A stretch of 54,426 nucleotides of DNA, the filler included, from Jimgerdemannia flammicorona (taxonomy: Eukaryota), in NCBI GenBank assembly GCA_003990765.1. It is 2 parts of 2 records of this genome, joined end to end, with 100 filler letters (N's around TTAATTAATTAA, not from the genome) between each part and the next. Parts side by side here need not be neighbours in the genome. Positions count along the whole stretch, not along the records: positions 27,277 to 54,426 come from RBNJ01000657.1; 1 more part is not named here. One strand, 5' to 3'. Below the pieces are notes generated by a model. It had not been told where the DNA came from, searched no databases, and worked only from the letters and a program-made list of their open reading frames with translations. Of the stretch, positions 34,871 to 47,524 are shown one piece after another (position 1 is the stretch's first letter; every line of letters starts with the position of its first letter). The translations under genes and the position numbers were made by a program.

Positions 34871-37800
34871 GAAATCCAAATGATATCCAACATACCATAG
34901 CTTTGGTATTTAGTACACATTTAACACCATCACCCTTCTGGCAAGGGACATATGCTGGCCTCTCCATCTCAGCAAGACATTACCCCACTCCAGAAGTTTA
35001 CAGTCCCACCATGTCCAGAGAAGAAGAGATCCAAACACTGAGAAGTAGATCCCCAAGTAGTACACTGGTTCATCTGCCGGTACCACCATCCCAATAACAT
35101 TGCCACCAACAATTCCAGTACCCAGCACCAGTGTCTCACATTTGTGCCAGTTAAGTTTAGCATCAGAACCCCGCTCATACCATTCCACAGTCCTCTATAA
35201 CTCTCCCACATCTCCCAAGGAGCCCAGCCTGACCACTATATTATCAGCAAAGGCCCCCACCTTCCAGTTCACCCCTAAAATGTCCAAGCCTCCAATCTTA
35301 TGCCAAATCCTGTCCAGTAGTGGCTCCAGGGAAAGAGCATACAATATGGGTGACAAGGGGTCCCCTTGTAGCACCCCATGTCCTAGGGGAAAGGTCACTC
35401 CCTGGTGGTCATTGATGACCAATGCTGCCTGACTGTCCTCTAAGAGGCTGATTAATGATCTTCGGACCCCTGGCGGGATGCCAATCTGCTTCAGCACTTC
35501 CTCCAGCCACATTCTCCACACTCTATCATAAGCCTTCTCTTGGTCCAGAAACACCAATCTGCCATCCACCCCTGTTGCCTGAGCACCTTCAATCACTCCA
35601 TGAATCCAGGCTGTCTCATCTCGAATCAACCAACCACCAACAAACCCACGTTGCTCCACACCAAGAACCTGCTGAGTGATGCCTTGCAACCTCATTACCA
35701 AGATTTTCGTCACCAATTTGCAGTCCATGTTGAGAAGCATAATTGGCTGCCAGTTCTTTCAGTCCTCTTGCCTAATCTTGTCTTTAAAGAGCAAAGAGAC
35801 CAGCCCTAAGCGCTGTCTCCCAATCCAGGCACCAGACTGAAGAACTCCATCACACATAGCAGTCATTTCCTCTAGCACCTCACCCACCCCAGTCATCTTC
35901 TGCCAAAAATCCCAGGGAAGCCCATCCTCTCCCAGAGCTATCCCCTTACTTATTGAGGCCACAACCCTGCAAATCTCCTCACCACTCACCGGGTCCCCCA
36001 ATGCCCCAAGTCCCATCATAGGGTCCAGGTGCCAATCCCCCAGCTGTCTTTCAATGTTCAGGGCATCCAATCTCCCATCCTCCTCACTCCAAAGATTCCT
36101 CCACCGGGTTCGCAGTAGGTCCAGAATCACCAGAGTCTCCACCACCAGCTTGCCATTCTTGTCCAAAACTCCCTCCCACTACTGCCTCATTCATCGTACT
36201 TGTAACAACCATGACAAGAATCTGGTAGGTCTCTCCCCCTCCTCAAGCCCCTACCACTGCAGGTGGGCCACCATTCCCTGCAACTGCTCCTCCTCCTCTC
36301 TGTATAGTACCCCTTTGAGCTCCTCCACCTCCTGCCGGATCCTTGCAATACACCAATCAGTCATGGCCCCATTCTCCAGCACACCTGCCCATCTCTCCAT
36401 AAGTACTGCCAGATGCCGTGAGGCCCACAGCACCCACTGCCTTCACTGGGCACACTTCTCTTTTCCTGTTTCCCTCCAATACTCCTGAGCCTTCGCCTTC
36501 AGCCTTCTCCAGTGGTCTCCAATCTCCAGTCCTTGTTCCTGCCACCTGCCTATATTTCCAACCACCTCCGATTCCCATCCCTCCCACAATACCCTATCCT
36601 CCAACAGGGAAGAATTTAGTCACCAATGTCTAGGCCCATCCTCATTTCCCCCAAACCTCTCCCCTCCAAGCAGCCCCCAGTGATCAGACCACGGACATCA
36701 TACAACTTCCAGCGCTAACCAGACATCTGTTTCCCAACACTCTGCTGTTAGAACCCAGTCAATCCTGGAGTCCAGTCCTGCTGCCCAGTGGGTGTACATC
36801 CGCCGATCAGTTCAAAAATGTCTTCCTGAGTCTACTAGAGAATACAACCTCTCCATCTCCAACCAGTCACCCAACCTACCACTTTCACTCTGCATGCCTC
36901 TCCCTCTATCAGTTCTGTCCAACTCCTTATCCCGTACTATATTAAAATCACCCCCCACACAGTCTAACCCAACTTCTCCCAACACACCAGCCTCTTTCAA
37001 TCTGCGAATCCATTCCACCCTCTCCCCTCTCTCAGCTGGACAGTAACAGGACCCGACTGTCAGTGGGCTCCATCCAGGCCTCTTCCACACTCCCCACACC
37101 ACCTGAGACCCCCAATGTCCAATGTTCCCAATGTCCCCCATCCCTTTCTGAATGAGAATATACACTTTCCCTGCACCCCCCCATTCCTTAGTCCAATCCT
37201 GTAAGTCCACATCTGCCTCATAACAAACATCTTGCAGTAAGAAGAGGTCTGCATCCAGTCCCTTAAGCCAACCAAATATATACTTTCTCCTAACCAACCC
37301 CCATAGCCCATTAACATTCAATGAGAAAATCCTAGTTATACTGTTCATATTGAAGAAATGTTGCAATAGAGACCCCAACCTATAATTCTATGCTCATCTT
37401 ATCTCCTGCCAGATCCAAGTACTGCTCAGCTTCCAATTCACCCTCTGCATTATCCTGAGCATCCAGTGCTCTCAAGATTTCCTGACATTCCACCCTGTCC
37501 ATTTCCTCTATATCAGCCCTATAGTCTAAGCAGACAGCAGGCCACTTCTCCAGTCCCTTCCTCAAATTCTACAAGAAAATTGCTCTGTCACTCACAATCC
37601 TCCTAAGTTCCTCCTCCTGCTAATCATCAACCTGATACTCAACCGACTCCAGGAGGACTGCCAGGATCTCATTCCTCATCTTTCTCGGCACCTCCTCCCC
37701 CCATAGGATCTCCTTCCAATACTTCTCCTCCAACACCCTGAAGTCCTCACCCCCCAGCTCTTCAGCTGCTACCCCTTCTAAGGTCTTCCACATCCACTTC

Positions 37801-39357
37801 TCCTCATCCACTACCTTCGCCACCCCCTGAGCGATTTGTCCTCCATCCACCTCGGGGTCCACCAGCATGCTCCTTCTCACTGACTCATCCTACTCCTCAT
37901 CCGGCACATCCTCTCTCTCTGCCCCATCTGGAATACTATACTGAGGATACACACCCTCACTCATTTCGACATCCACCTCCAAATTGCCCTCCCTCCCCTC
38001 CCCATCTCCAATCTGAACTCCGCCCTGGGCCATCTCTCCCCCCTCAGCCCAGGCACTCTCCCATGACCCTGCAACTCCCTCCCCTGAGCTTCCACCAGCC
38101 CCATCCCCGCCCAACTTCGCCAACAGCTCCTTCTGGATCCTCCTCCTCTGCATCTTTTTCTAGGCCCCCTTCTCTATTCAGATCCTCTTCCCATCCACCT
38201 CCCCCACCACCATCCTGGCCTCAAACTCCTTCCAGGCCAATCTCCTCCTTGCCACTGCCCCTTTCAGGTCCTCCAGAGCCTCCAATAGGTCCTCCTCCTC
38301 CTCTGGAGTCCCCTTCACCCTGGTGACCTTATACTCCACCGGTCTCCACCTCAGTGCCACTGGTCAGTCTCTTGACTTTCCTGTATTCTCCTTCCTAGCC
38401 AGCCTCACCCTGACATTGACATTACCAGTTCTAAGCTCTGTGCCCTCCCAGACCTTGAACTCAACATCCACAATCTCACTATACTCCTTGACCGCCTCCA
38501 CAACCAACTTCCTGATCCTTTCCTTTGATACAGTCGGGAGGTCCAACACTGTCAACTGCACCACTCGGGGGTCCCATCACATGTACTGGGTCATAGGGAC
38601 CACAACTCCACCAACCATCACCCCCTTCTCCATGGCTGCCAACAAGGCATCTTCCTCCTCAAACCCCACCTCAACCCCTTCCTTTCCCCTCAAGAACTTC
38701 ACTGATGCTGCTCTCTTAGCCTCCTGTGCCACCAGCCCCAAAATCATTCTTGCTGTCACTGCCAAGCCCCGGAAGCACATCATGACCATGAATTCTGACC
38801 TTGACTTCTTGAGTAATGGGGCTGACACTATGCCTGTCACTCCATCAGTCAGGTCCCTGGGCCTCATGCCCACTCTATGTCCTGAATTGCCAACTGCCGT
38901 CATATTTGGATTTTTTGCCAGATCTCCAGTCACAGCCCCATCAATAGTCATATCTCCAGCCTCTACTCCGGCCCCTTCCCTACCATCAGAAGTACCCCGG
39001 AGTGCACCTTCCTGACCCCCAGCAGTAGCCATTGATGTCTTCCCCAGGTCCAGCCAACCATCTAGCCCAGAAGCCATCTTCCCCATTCTGACCTTGTCAG
39101 CAAAGGTCAACCTCTCCCCTCCTCTCTGCTTCAGACCGCCCCTCCCTCTGCCACCAGGGCCTCAGCTAGCCATCGAGGCCCCTGGCATCTCCAAACCATC
39201 TCCCCTCCTCCCCACCTACTGCCAGCCAAAGGCGCCATCACCCCCCTAGCCAGTATACTCACCAGTTTGATTATTGCCATCCATGTTATTAGTCATCAGA
39301 CATCAAAAATATTGTAAAAAGTGTTGTCTGAGTCTTGTGTCACCTGAATGTTACTAG
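34871..39357 (-). mobile_element. LINE copy 4, more degenerate, lacking the last ~1.2 kb
   Basis: Colinear with copy 1 from ~17390 to ~21900. Confidence 0.9.
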
Positions 39358-39597
39358 ATATCTCAGATTACCTATCATTTGTCATATTATTAGTCTCTTT
39401 TCTCCAAAAACAATATTGTAAGTACTTTTTAAAGATTGTGTAACCTGAATAGTACTGGAGAAAGATGATCTTTTAAATAATTGTCAGCATCTAAATTACT
39501 GTTCTCTAGATCACTATATTTCAGATTGCTATATTCTAAATTACTTTCTTCTTTATTGTCTAAATCTTCTTTATTGTCTGAATTATTATTAATAATT

Positions 39598-39719
<122 letters not shown>

Positions 39720-39807
39720 TAAAGAATATGAAGATATATTTGACATTAATTCAATCTTTTTATATTTAATAAGTAATAGTAAAAGTTGAGAGATAAATGA
39801 GTAATAA

Positions 39808-41267
39808 TGTAAATACATAACCTCCAAGCCACCAAAATTATATATCATCCTCAGAACTAATTTAGAAACCATATGTGAGACTACAAAACAAATTACTGAA
39901 GAGATCATCTGGTTATACAAAATATGCCAGCAAGTACAAGAACCTATTGCTAAGATATAAGAATACTAGAAGAAGTACTACAACCATAAGACTAACTCTG
40001 AACCTCTATAGCTAGTTTGGTGTAATGTACTATTATAAAAGAAAACTGAAAGTACTAAACTCAAACTGAGATAAGAAGAACCCTATCTCATCCATCAAAG
40101 GTTCATGAACTGCACTTATTAACTCAAGACCAAAATACATTACAACTATACAAGACCTCATTACTTAGTAGAAGTAAAATACATTTGAATAACTCTATTC
40201 ACTCTATCTATATCACCTCTATTGAAGAGTGATGGATACTTCATCTGAACTTAAGAAAGCCGACATTGTCGAAACCAATCTCAAGCCATCCACATGATAG
40301 ATATTACTATTAGAAATTACCTCAGATTATAGAAAATATCATTTCTGAGAGATTCAAACCCCCAGCTGCAATATTGGGAGCCCTTGCCTTAGACAAGAAT
40401 GGCCAGGAGAACCAAGACCTATTATCCTTATATAACTACTGCCACCAAGGATAGTCTTAATCTTGCAAAAGATAGAAGTAATAATACCTTAGAAACTGAT
40501 AATATCAGAAGTCAGAAAACTACTTAGACTTTGCCAGAGATAATGTCATTAATGGTGATATCATCGAAGACTATCCAGATAGCATCTAAATCTCAAAATA
40601 GCTTAGCAGTTATAGTATAGTTAGATTAGTCTTGTATAATGTGACTATGAATTGACTCAACAGTTAGATGATCTCTTGATATGTTAGATCACACTTGTAC
40701 TATGTGACTGCATTCTGACTCAGCAAGGTACTAAGTGCTATATCCATATTCAGCATAGCCCAGATAGTCCCTCACTAGTATAAATATCCCCTCCTCCAAA
40801 CCTCAAAATCTCAGACTTGAACAATTCAAATACAACTCTTAAGTACTTCTCCACAATATCCCTTCACATAACTACTACTAGTATAGCAATATCATGAATA
40901 GCAAATAAATCTATTTAATAACCCATAAACTACTCTTAAGTAAATCTACTCTCCATTAGGTCTCACTCCTAACCCTATTATGAAATTTCCTAATTAGGTA
41001 TTTTCTGCAGTGATACACCGATTCAACTAAGCTGGTCTTAGTTTCTTGAACTTTCTGAAATATGGAAAATCCTGAATATTCAGAACTAGTCTGAAAAAGG
41101 ACTTTGATTGAGATATCAACCCAATCTTGAAATCAATAAACATAGAGGATATACTCCATATGAAATTGATCTTGACCTTAAGAAAACAGTCTTTCAGAAT
41201 ATCCAGAACTTCCAGAAAACTCTTCCAGAACTATATAATAGTTACTCTAATAAGTAACTCTCTTACA
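39808..41267 (+). repeat. 5' LTR of element C (1460 bp)
   Basis: Direct repeat of 44607-46074; TATAAATA at 40779-40786 and AATAAA at 40904-40909. Confidence 0.88.
39924..40589 (+). pseudogene. Decayed ORF in U3 of the element C LTR (222 codons)
   Basis: ATG to TAA spans 666 nt in one frame with many internal stops, ending RDNVINGDIIEDYPDSI*, cf. RDDAIDGDVIEDYPDSA* of the LTR E ORF. Counterpart at ~44724-45392. Confidence 0.45.
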
Positions 41268-41270
41268 ACT

Positions 41271-41282
41271 TAGTAGTAGCAG
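41271..41282 (+). other. Decayed tRNA-iMet-type PBS of element C
   Basis: TAGTAGTAGCAG is the element D PBS TGGTAGCAGCAG with two transitions; lies 3 nt after the LTR. Confidence 0.6.
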
Positions 41283-41299
41283 TTTACAATTTAATTCTG

Positions 41300-44200
41300 C
41301 TTTAAGATACTTCCTCACCCTGCTATAAACCCCTCTGAGAATTCCTACAAGTTGGTATAAAGCTCAATCTCTGAACTGAAATTTATCCTGAACCATCTGA
41401 CAATCTGGAGAGAATTGAATCTGACTTATAAGGACAATTTGACCTCCATACTTATAACAAGTGGGACAAACTTTATTTAAAGAAAGAAGTACTCTAATTA
41501 AATCAGCAGATAGACAAAACCTTATTTATCAAACTTCTTGCTCTATACTCCATAAGTTAAGATAAAGAAGGTCTTATTGAAGTCTTCTTTACTCTTCTCA
41601 ATAAGAGTTTTGTCAGTTCCACAAATCTGAGCATAAAGCCCAAGCCTCTGTAGCCAAGTGGCTCAACTCTACTAACTTTCACCATACTAGGACCAAGACT
41701 ACATTATACTACTGATTCCAGAATAGCAAGGCCTGCCATATTCTTAAGGAAGAAGCAAGAGAAACCCTTCATCAACAACCTGACCCTGAACTAGAAGCAG
41801 ACCCTACTACAGCTCTATCTGAACCTGAAACCAACACTGAACCAGAACTTTATTTTGAATTAAGTCTATCTGAAATCAGATATATAACTGATTCTATCTA
41901 CTTCAATGCTGAGCAAACTCAATTACATAGAGATCAAACTAAAGAAGAGGAGGAGTATCTCAGTGAATTCAATCCTAGATATATCACCAAAGGAGACACA
42001 CCCCCATCAGGACAGAATACACCTATACAGTAACAGACAGCTATCTATTGAGCTCTTACTCTAGACCTACAACTATTACTCCAGCAACTTACACAGATCC
42101 AAAGAACCCCATCACACTCTGCACCAGTATCTCAAGTAGTACCAGTAATACTACTACCAGTAGCCCAACTGTCTCTAGCAAACAATATAACAAATCAACA
42201 GATTCTAGACCTTATAGCCCAGGTAGTAATAATGGCAGCAACCATTACTGCCTTAGCTGAACAGACCTGACCTACCAAAAATCTGAGTCTACTTACCTTC
42301 AATAGTACTATACAAGAAGTCCAAAGCTTTATTAGTGTAGTTGATACTAACTTTGAAGCCAATCAATGGATCAATGAGTGAGTTTCTGACTGCCTTCTAA
42401 CAAACAATCAAGAACACACTCTGGAACAACTCTTTACTACTACTACAGCCTATATCTATTGAGTTGTTATATTCTTCTGAGGACCTGCTGAAGAATAGTG
42501 GCAAATCCTTTCTGAAAAATCTCTCACATAGGACACCCAATCTGCAGTAGTTGCTCAGAATACAGCAAACAATGCTCTAGGATATGGAGCTCATCCTACA
42601 GCCCCTGGACTGAAACAACTCATAATTGCTCAATACCGCAGCAAAACCATGATTGCCGAATTCTAAGTAAAACTCTGCAACCTCAAATTTGATATATATG
42701 GCAAGGAAGAATTTGAAACTTTCTGTACAAACTCAAGTCACTCCTGAACACTGTTGGCTTAGAATATATTGCTAATGATGAAACACAAAATGGTACAAGA
42801 GCAGACTATTTATTCAATGCACTATCTGAATGGCTTATAAGAAAAATCTGATAACAAGGATGCCCAGTTGGTTGCAATCACTAATAATGGTACCTAGTAA
42901 GAATCAAGACTATAGTCAAGTAAATTCTAACAGCTGGACCAATTCTGCCCTGAAGACAATTTAACAATAAAAAAAAGACTTAGACTAAGAAAGAAGAACC
43001 CAAGTATGAAGCATCCTGAGCTCCCTCAACATCCACCTCATGGACACCCAGAAATCATAAACCCACTCAGCCGAGTAACTCACTAAAGAAGAAAGGAATG
43101 AACTTCAAAGAAGCAGAGCATACTTCTATTGCCAAAAGACAGGATATATGGCCAGTGCCTGTCTCAATCAAAAACCCCAAACAGCAATATGAGCAACTGT
43201 TACTACTCTGTACCACCTCAATAACCTGACCACCAGAATACTAGACTTCATCAAGTTAAGACAAACTATCAAGGCCCCAAGTAAAGAAAGTCAAAAGGCA
43301 GCTGGATATGACCTGTATGCAGCTAAAAAAGCTACAGTTTCCAACTGAGAAGTCAAGTAAGTCTACACAGAAATCAGTATCCAAATCTCTAAAGGACATT
43401 TGGAAGAATATGCTGTCACAGCAGCCTAGCATTGAAAGAACTCTCAGTTGAAGGAGGAGTCATTGATGAAGATTATACAGGTGAAATTATTGTCCTCATC
43501 TGAAATCATAGTTGGATATCTTTCAAGATCTCCATTGGCTTCTATATTGCTCAGATCCTATTTGAGAAAATTGAGTCAACTCTGATAGTCAAGGAAGTCC
43601 CTGAACTACTGCCCACTATCCAAGAATCCAAAGGATTTGGCTCATCAAATAAGGCCCCAGCCCAACCTACTATGAATAAGGAAGAACAGTTCTATAAGAA
43701 AATTGAAGATAGATATATACCAAGTAGCTAATATCTCTATAACATTGGAATGTACTCTTCCTGAATAATTGATGATTACTTCTATTGTGTCAATGAACTG
43801 GCTCAAAGAAGAACCAATAGAAGGAAAGCTCTTATAACTGAAATCACTACTATTAGATCAGACAAACTGCTTACACTTCAAGCTTTTGTCAACCGAGTAC
43901 CTGTCAAGATTATGATAGATAGTAGTGCCTCAGGCAACTTCATCAATGAAGAAATAGCCAACAGTCTCAAGGTCTTCACCTCTCTGGTATAATAAACTCA
44001 AGCAGTTACCACAGCTGATAGAACCTCATATATTATTAGCAAGGAAGTCTGCAATCTACCCTTCCAAATTAGTGACTACTGAGTATATATTATCCTCCAG
44101 ATCATACCACTTCCTGACAATGAAATCACTCTTGGAACTCCATGGTTGAAACAAGAGAACCCCATGATTGATTGGGTAAACCATTCTCTGACCATCAAGA

Positions 44201-44520
44201 AAGGATACCACAACTTCAAACTGCCAAGATGAAAAGAACCCACTCAGCTTTAGTAACCCTAGACTAAAGATCACCCATATTAATAAGTTACAGCTTAGGA
44301 AATTGGTCAAGAAATGACCTCTCTTTGCCATCTCTATCCACCCATCCAAAGGAAAAACCAACAACTCTGAAGAAGACTTTTCCAAAGTTGACAGCCATGT
44401 TAGACCCCTACTCCAGAAAGTCTGAGATATATTTCTAAACCAAACTACAGAACTATCTGCATCTGTCATTATTAATAACCAAGAAGAATACAAAGTTGAA
44501 CAAATCCTAAACAAATATAG
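41300..44520 (+). pseudogene. Element C gag-dUTPase-protease-chromodomain stub
   Basis: Knuckle YFYCQKTGYMASAC (~43121-43162); dUTPase AAGYDL, GGVIDEDYTGEI, IAQI, KGFGSS (~43250-43650); PR IMIDSSASGNFI (~43908-43944); EEYKVEQIL (~44483-44510). Confidence 0.82.
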
Positions 44521-44592
44521 CCATAAGAATCATTCAAATAGTATAACAATACTAGATCAAATTAGAAGATCTCAATAAGAACATTGATAGCT

Positions 44593-44605
44593 AAGAAGGA
44601 GAGAG
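44593..44605 (+). other. Polypurine tract of element C
   Basis: AAGAAGGAGAGAG, 1 nt before the 3' LTR. Confidence 0.75.
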
Positions 44606-44606
44606 T

Positions 44607-46373
44607 TGTAAGTGCACAACCTCTAAGCTACCAAAATCGCATATCATCCTTAGAACTAATTTGGAAACCACATGCAAGACTATAAAACAAGTTACTGAAG
44701 AGATCATCTGGTTACACAAAATATACCAGCAAGCATGAGAACTTACCGCCAAGACACAAGAATACTAGAAGAAGTACTACAACTATAAGACTGACTCTGA
44801 ACCTCTATAGCTAGTTTGGTATACTGTACTATTACAAAAGAAAACTAAAAGTACCAAACTCAAACTGAGACAAGAAGAACCCTATCTCATCTATTAAAGG
44901 TTCATGAACTGCACTTATCAACTCAAGACAAAAATACACTGTAACTATACAAGACCTCATTACTTAGCAGAAGTAAAATGCATTTGAACAACTCTATTTA
45001 CTCTATCTGTATCACCTCTATTAGAGAGTGATAGATGCTTCATCTGAACTCAAGAAAGCTGATATTGTTGAAACCAATCTCAAGCTATCTTCATGACAGA
45101 TATTACTACTAGAAATTGCCTCAGATTATAGAAAATATCATTTTTGAGAGATTCAAACCCCCAGCTGTAACATTAAGAGCTCTTACTCTAGACAAGGATG
45201 GCCAGGAGAACCAAGACCTGTTATTCTTATACAACCACTGCCACCAAGAATAGTCTTAATCTTGTAAGAGATAGAAGTGACAATATCTTGGAAACTGATA
45301 ATATCAGAAGTCAGAAAACTGCTCAGACTTTGCTAAAAATAATATATATTATTAATAGTGATGTTATCAAAGATTATCTAGATAGCATCTAAATCTCAAA
45401 ATAGCTTAGTAGTCATAGTATAGTTAGATTAGTCTTGTACAACATGACTGTGAACTGACTCAGCAGTCAGATGATCTCTTGATATATCAGATCACACTTG
45501 TACTATGTATGTAACTGTATTCTGACTCAGCAAGGCACTAAGTACTATATCTATATTCAGTATAGTCCAGATAGCCCCTCACTAGTATAAATACCCCCTC
45601 CCCCAAACCTCAGAATCTCAGACTTGAACAATCTAAACACAACTTCTGAGCACTTTTCCACAATATCCCTTCATACAACTACTCCTAGTATAGCAATATC
45701 ATAAATAGTGAATAAATCTATTTAATAACCCACAAACTACTCTTAAGTAAATCTACTCTCTATTAGGTCCCACTTCTAACCTCATCATGAAATTTCCTAA
45801 TTGGGTATTGTCTATAGCAATACACCAATTCAACTAAGCTGATCTTAGTTTTTTGAACTTTCTAAAATACAGAAAATTCTGAATATTCAGAACTAGTCCA
45901 AAAAAGGACTTTGGTTGAGACATTAATCCAATCTTAAAATCAATAAGCATAGAGAATGTACTCTATATAAAATTAATCTTGACCTTAAGAAAATGATCTT
46001 CCAGAATATCCAGAACTTCTAGAAAACCCTTCCAGAACTATGTAATAGTTATCCTAACAAGTAACCCTCTTATAACTACCCTATTACAAAATTTCCTAAT
46101 TGAGTATTATCTACAGCAATATACCAATTCAACTAAGCTGATCTTAGTTTCTTGAACTTTCTGAAATATGGAAAATCCTGAACATCCAGAACTAGTCCAA
46201 AAAAGGACTTTTGTTGAGACATCAATCCAATCTTAAAATTAATAAGTATAGAGGACATACTCTATATGAAATTGATCTTAATCTTAAGAAAATGGTCTTT
46301 CAGAATATTCAGAACTTCCAGAAAACCCTTCCAGAACTATATAATGGTTACCCTAACAAGTAACTCTCTTACA
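44607..46373 (+). repeat. 3' LTR of element C (1767 bp; last ~300 bp tandemly duplicated)
   Basis: Matches the 5' LTR; ~45778-46074 is repeated at ~46078-46373. Confidence 0.88.
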
Positions 46374-46806
46374 AATAATAAATAGATAATCAATAGTAGA
46401 GATTGGAAAATAAATGATAAGAGATAAATAATAAATAAATAATAGTAGAAGTTGAGAGATAAATAAATAATAATAATAAATAAGTAATAGTAGAAGTCAG
46501 AAAACAAATAAATAAGTAATAATAGATAATAGATAATTGATAGTGGAGGTTGGGAGATGAATAATAAATAAGTAATAGTAGAAGTCAGAAGATAAATAGA
46601 TAATAGTAGAAGTTAGGAAATAAATAAGTAATAGTAAAAGATGGAAGATAAACAAGTGATAGTAGAAATTAAAAGACAAATAAGCAATATTAAAAGTCAG
46701 AGAATGAACAAGCAATGGTGGAAGTCAGGAGACAAATGAGTAATAATAAATAATAAATAATAATTAATGATAAAGATTGAGAGATAAATAATAAGAGATA
46801 AATAAC
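46374..46806. repeat. Degenerate A-rich minisatellite (core AATAGTAGAAGT(C/T)(A/G)GA..ATAAAT)
   Basis: Many imperfect units; the same motif occurs at ~39770-39807 and 52839-53200. Confidence 0.65.
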
Positions 46807-47209
46807 TGTAATGGTTCTAGTTTCTAAATGAGGAAGTGACTAATTCTGGTGGTCCTAAGTAGCTTGAAGAGATACTAAGGATTCAAGTATTCTCAAAGGA
46901 TTTCTGAGAGAAAATATTCTGAGGCTTTATTCATGAGAACAAAGGGGATATTTATACAAGATCTGAAAGAAGGATCCAGAAGGATCTGAGAAATCAAAGG
47001 AAAATACCAAGAGGAAAGTTCTCAGCAAAGATGACAAATGGTGACAAATAAAGTTCTACAAGTTTCCAGGACATTCAGTGACTAACTAAATAAGTACTAG
47101 TTAATGCTCGGCACTAAGAAAGGATTTCTAAGCATTCAGAAAGTATCAGAAGGTTGTAGAATATTGAAGAAAGACAAAGAAAAGGAATAAACTATGCTAA
47201 AATATTACA
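46807..47209 (-). repeat. 3' LTR of element D
   Basis: TG...CA; TATAAATA (46949-46956) and AATAAA (46926-46931) on the minus strand. Confidence 0.95.
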
Positions 47210-47221
47210 TCTCCCCCTCCT
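47210..47221 (-). other. Polypurine tract of element D
   Basis: AGGAGGGGGAGA abutting the LTR. Confidence 0.85.
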
Positions 47222-47524
47222 TAAGAATCAATGTTCTCATTGAATTCTCAAAGTTACATATAATAAACAATAAGACTAAAAGAAACTTCAAATTAAATAT
47301 ACCGACTCATTGGCAAGAATTGGCTGTCCTTGTATAAGATGAGGGCCAAAGTATCATCTTGATCAGATGAGAACTGGTTCGAATCTCATTGGTTGCAGGA
47401 TTTATAGGGTTCTCCTGTATCTCTTACTTCTGATACTGTATCCCTTAGAGAGCCCTGATGCGTAATGTGCCTGATCAGTACAGTAGGTCATCTACTATCC
47501 AAGAAGAGAACCTCATGGGCAGTC

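Larger units (their letters stand above)
39808..46373 (+). mobile_element. Non-autonomous chromovirus-like Ty3/Gypsy element C (LTR-gag-dUTPase-PR-[RT/RH/INT deleted]-chromodomain stub-LTR)
   Basis: Paired LTRs TGTAA...TTACA, 5-bp TSD AATAA (39803-39807 / 46374-46378), decayed PBS and PPT. Confidence 0.88.
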
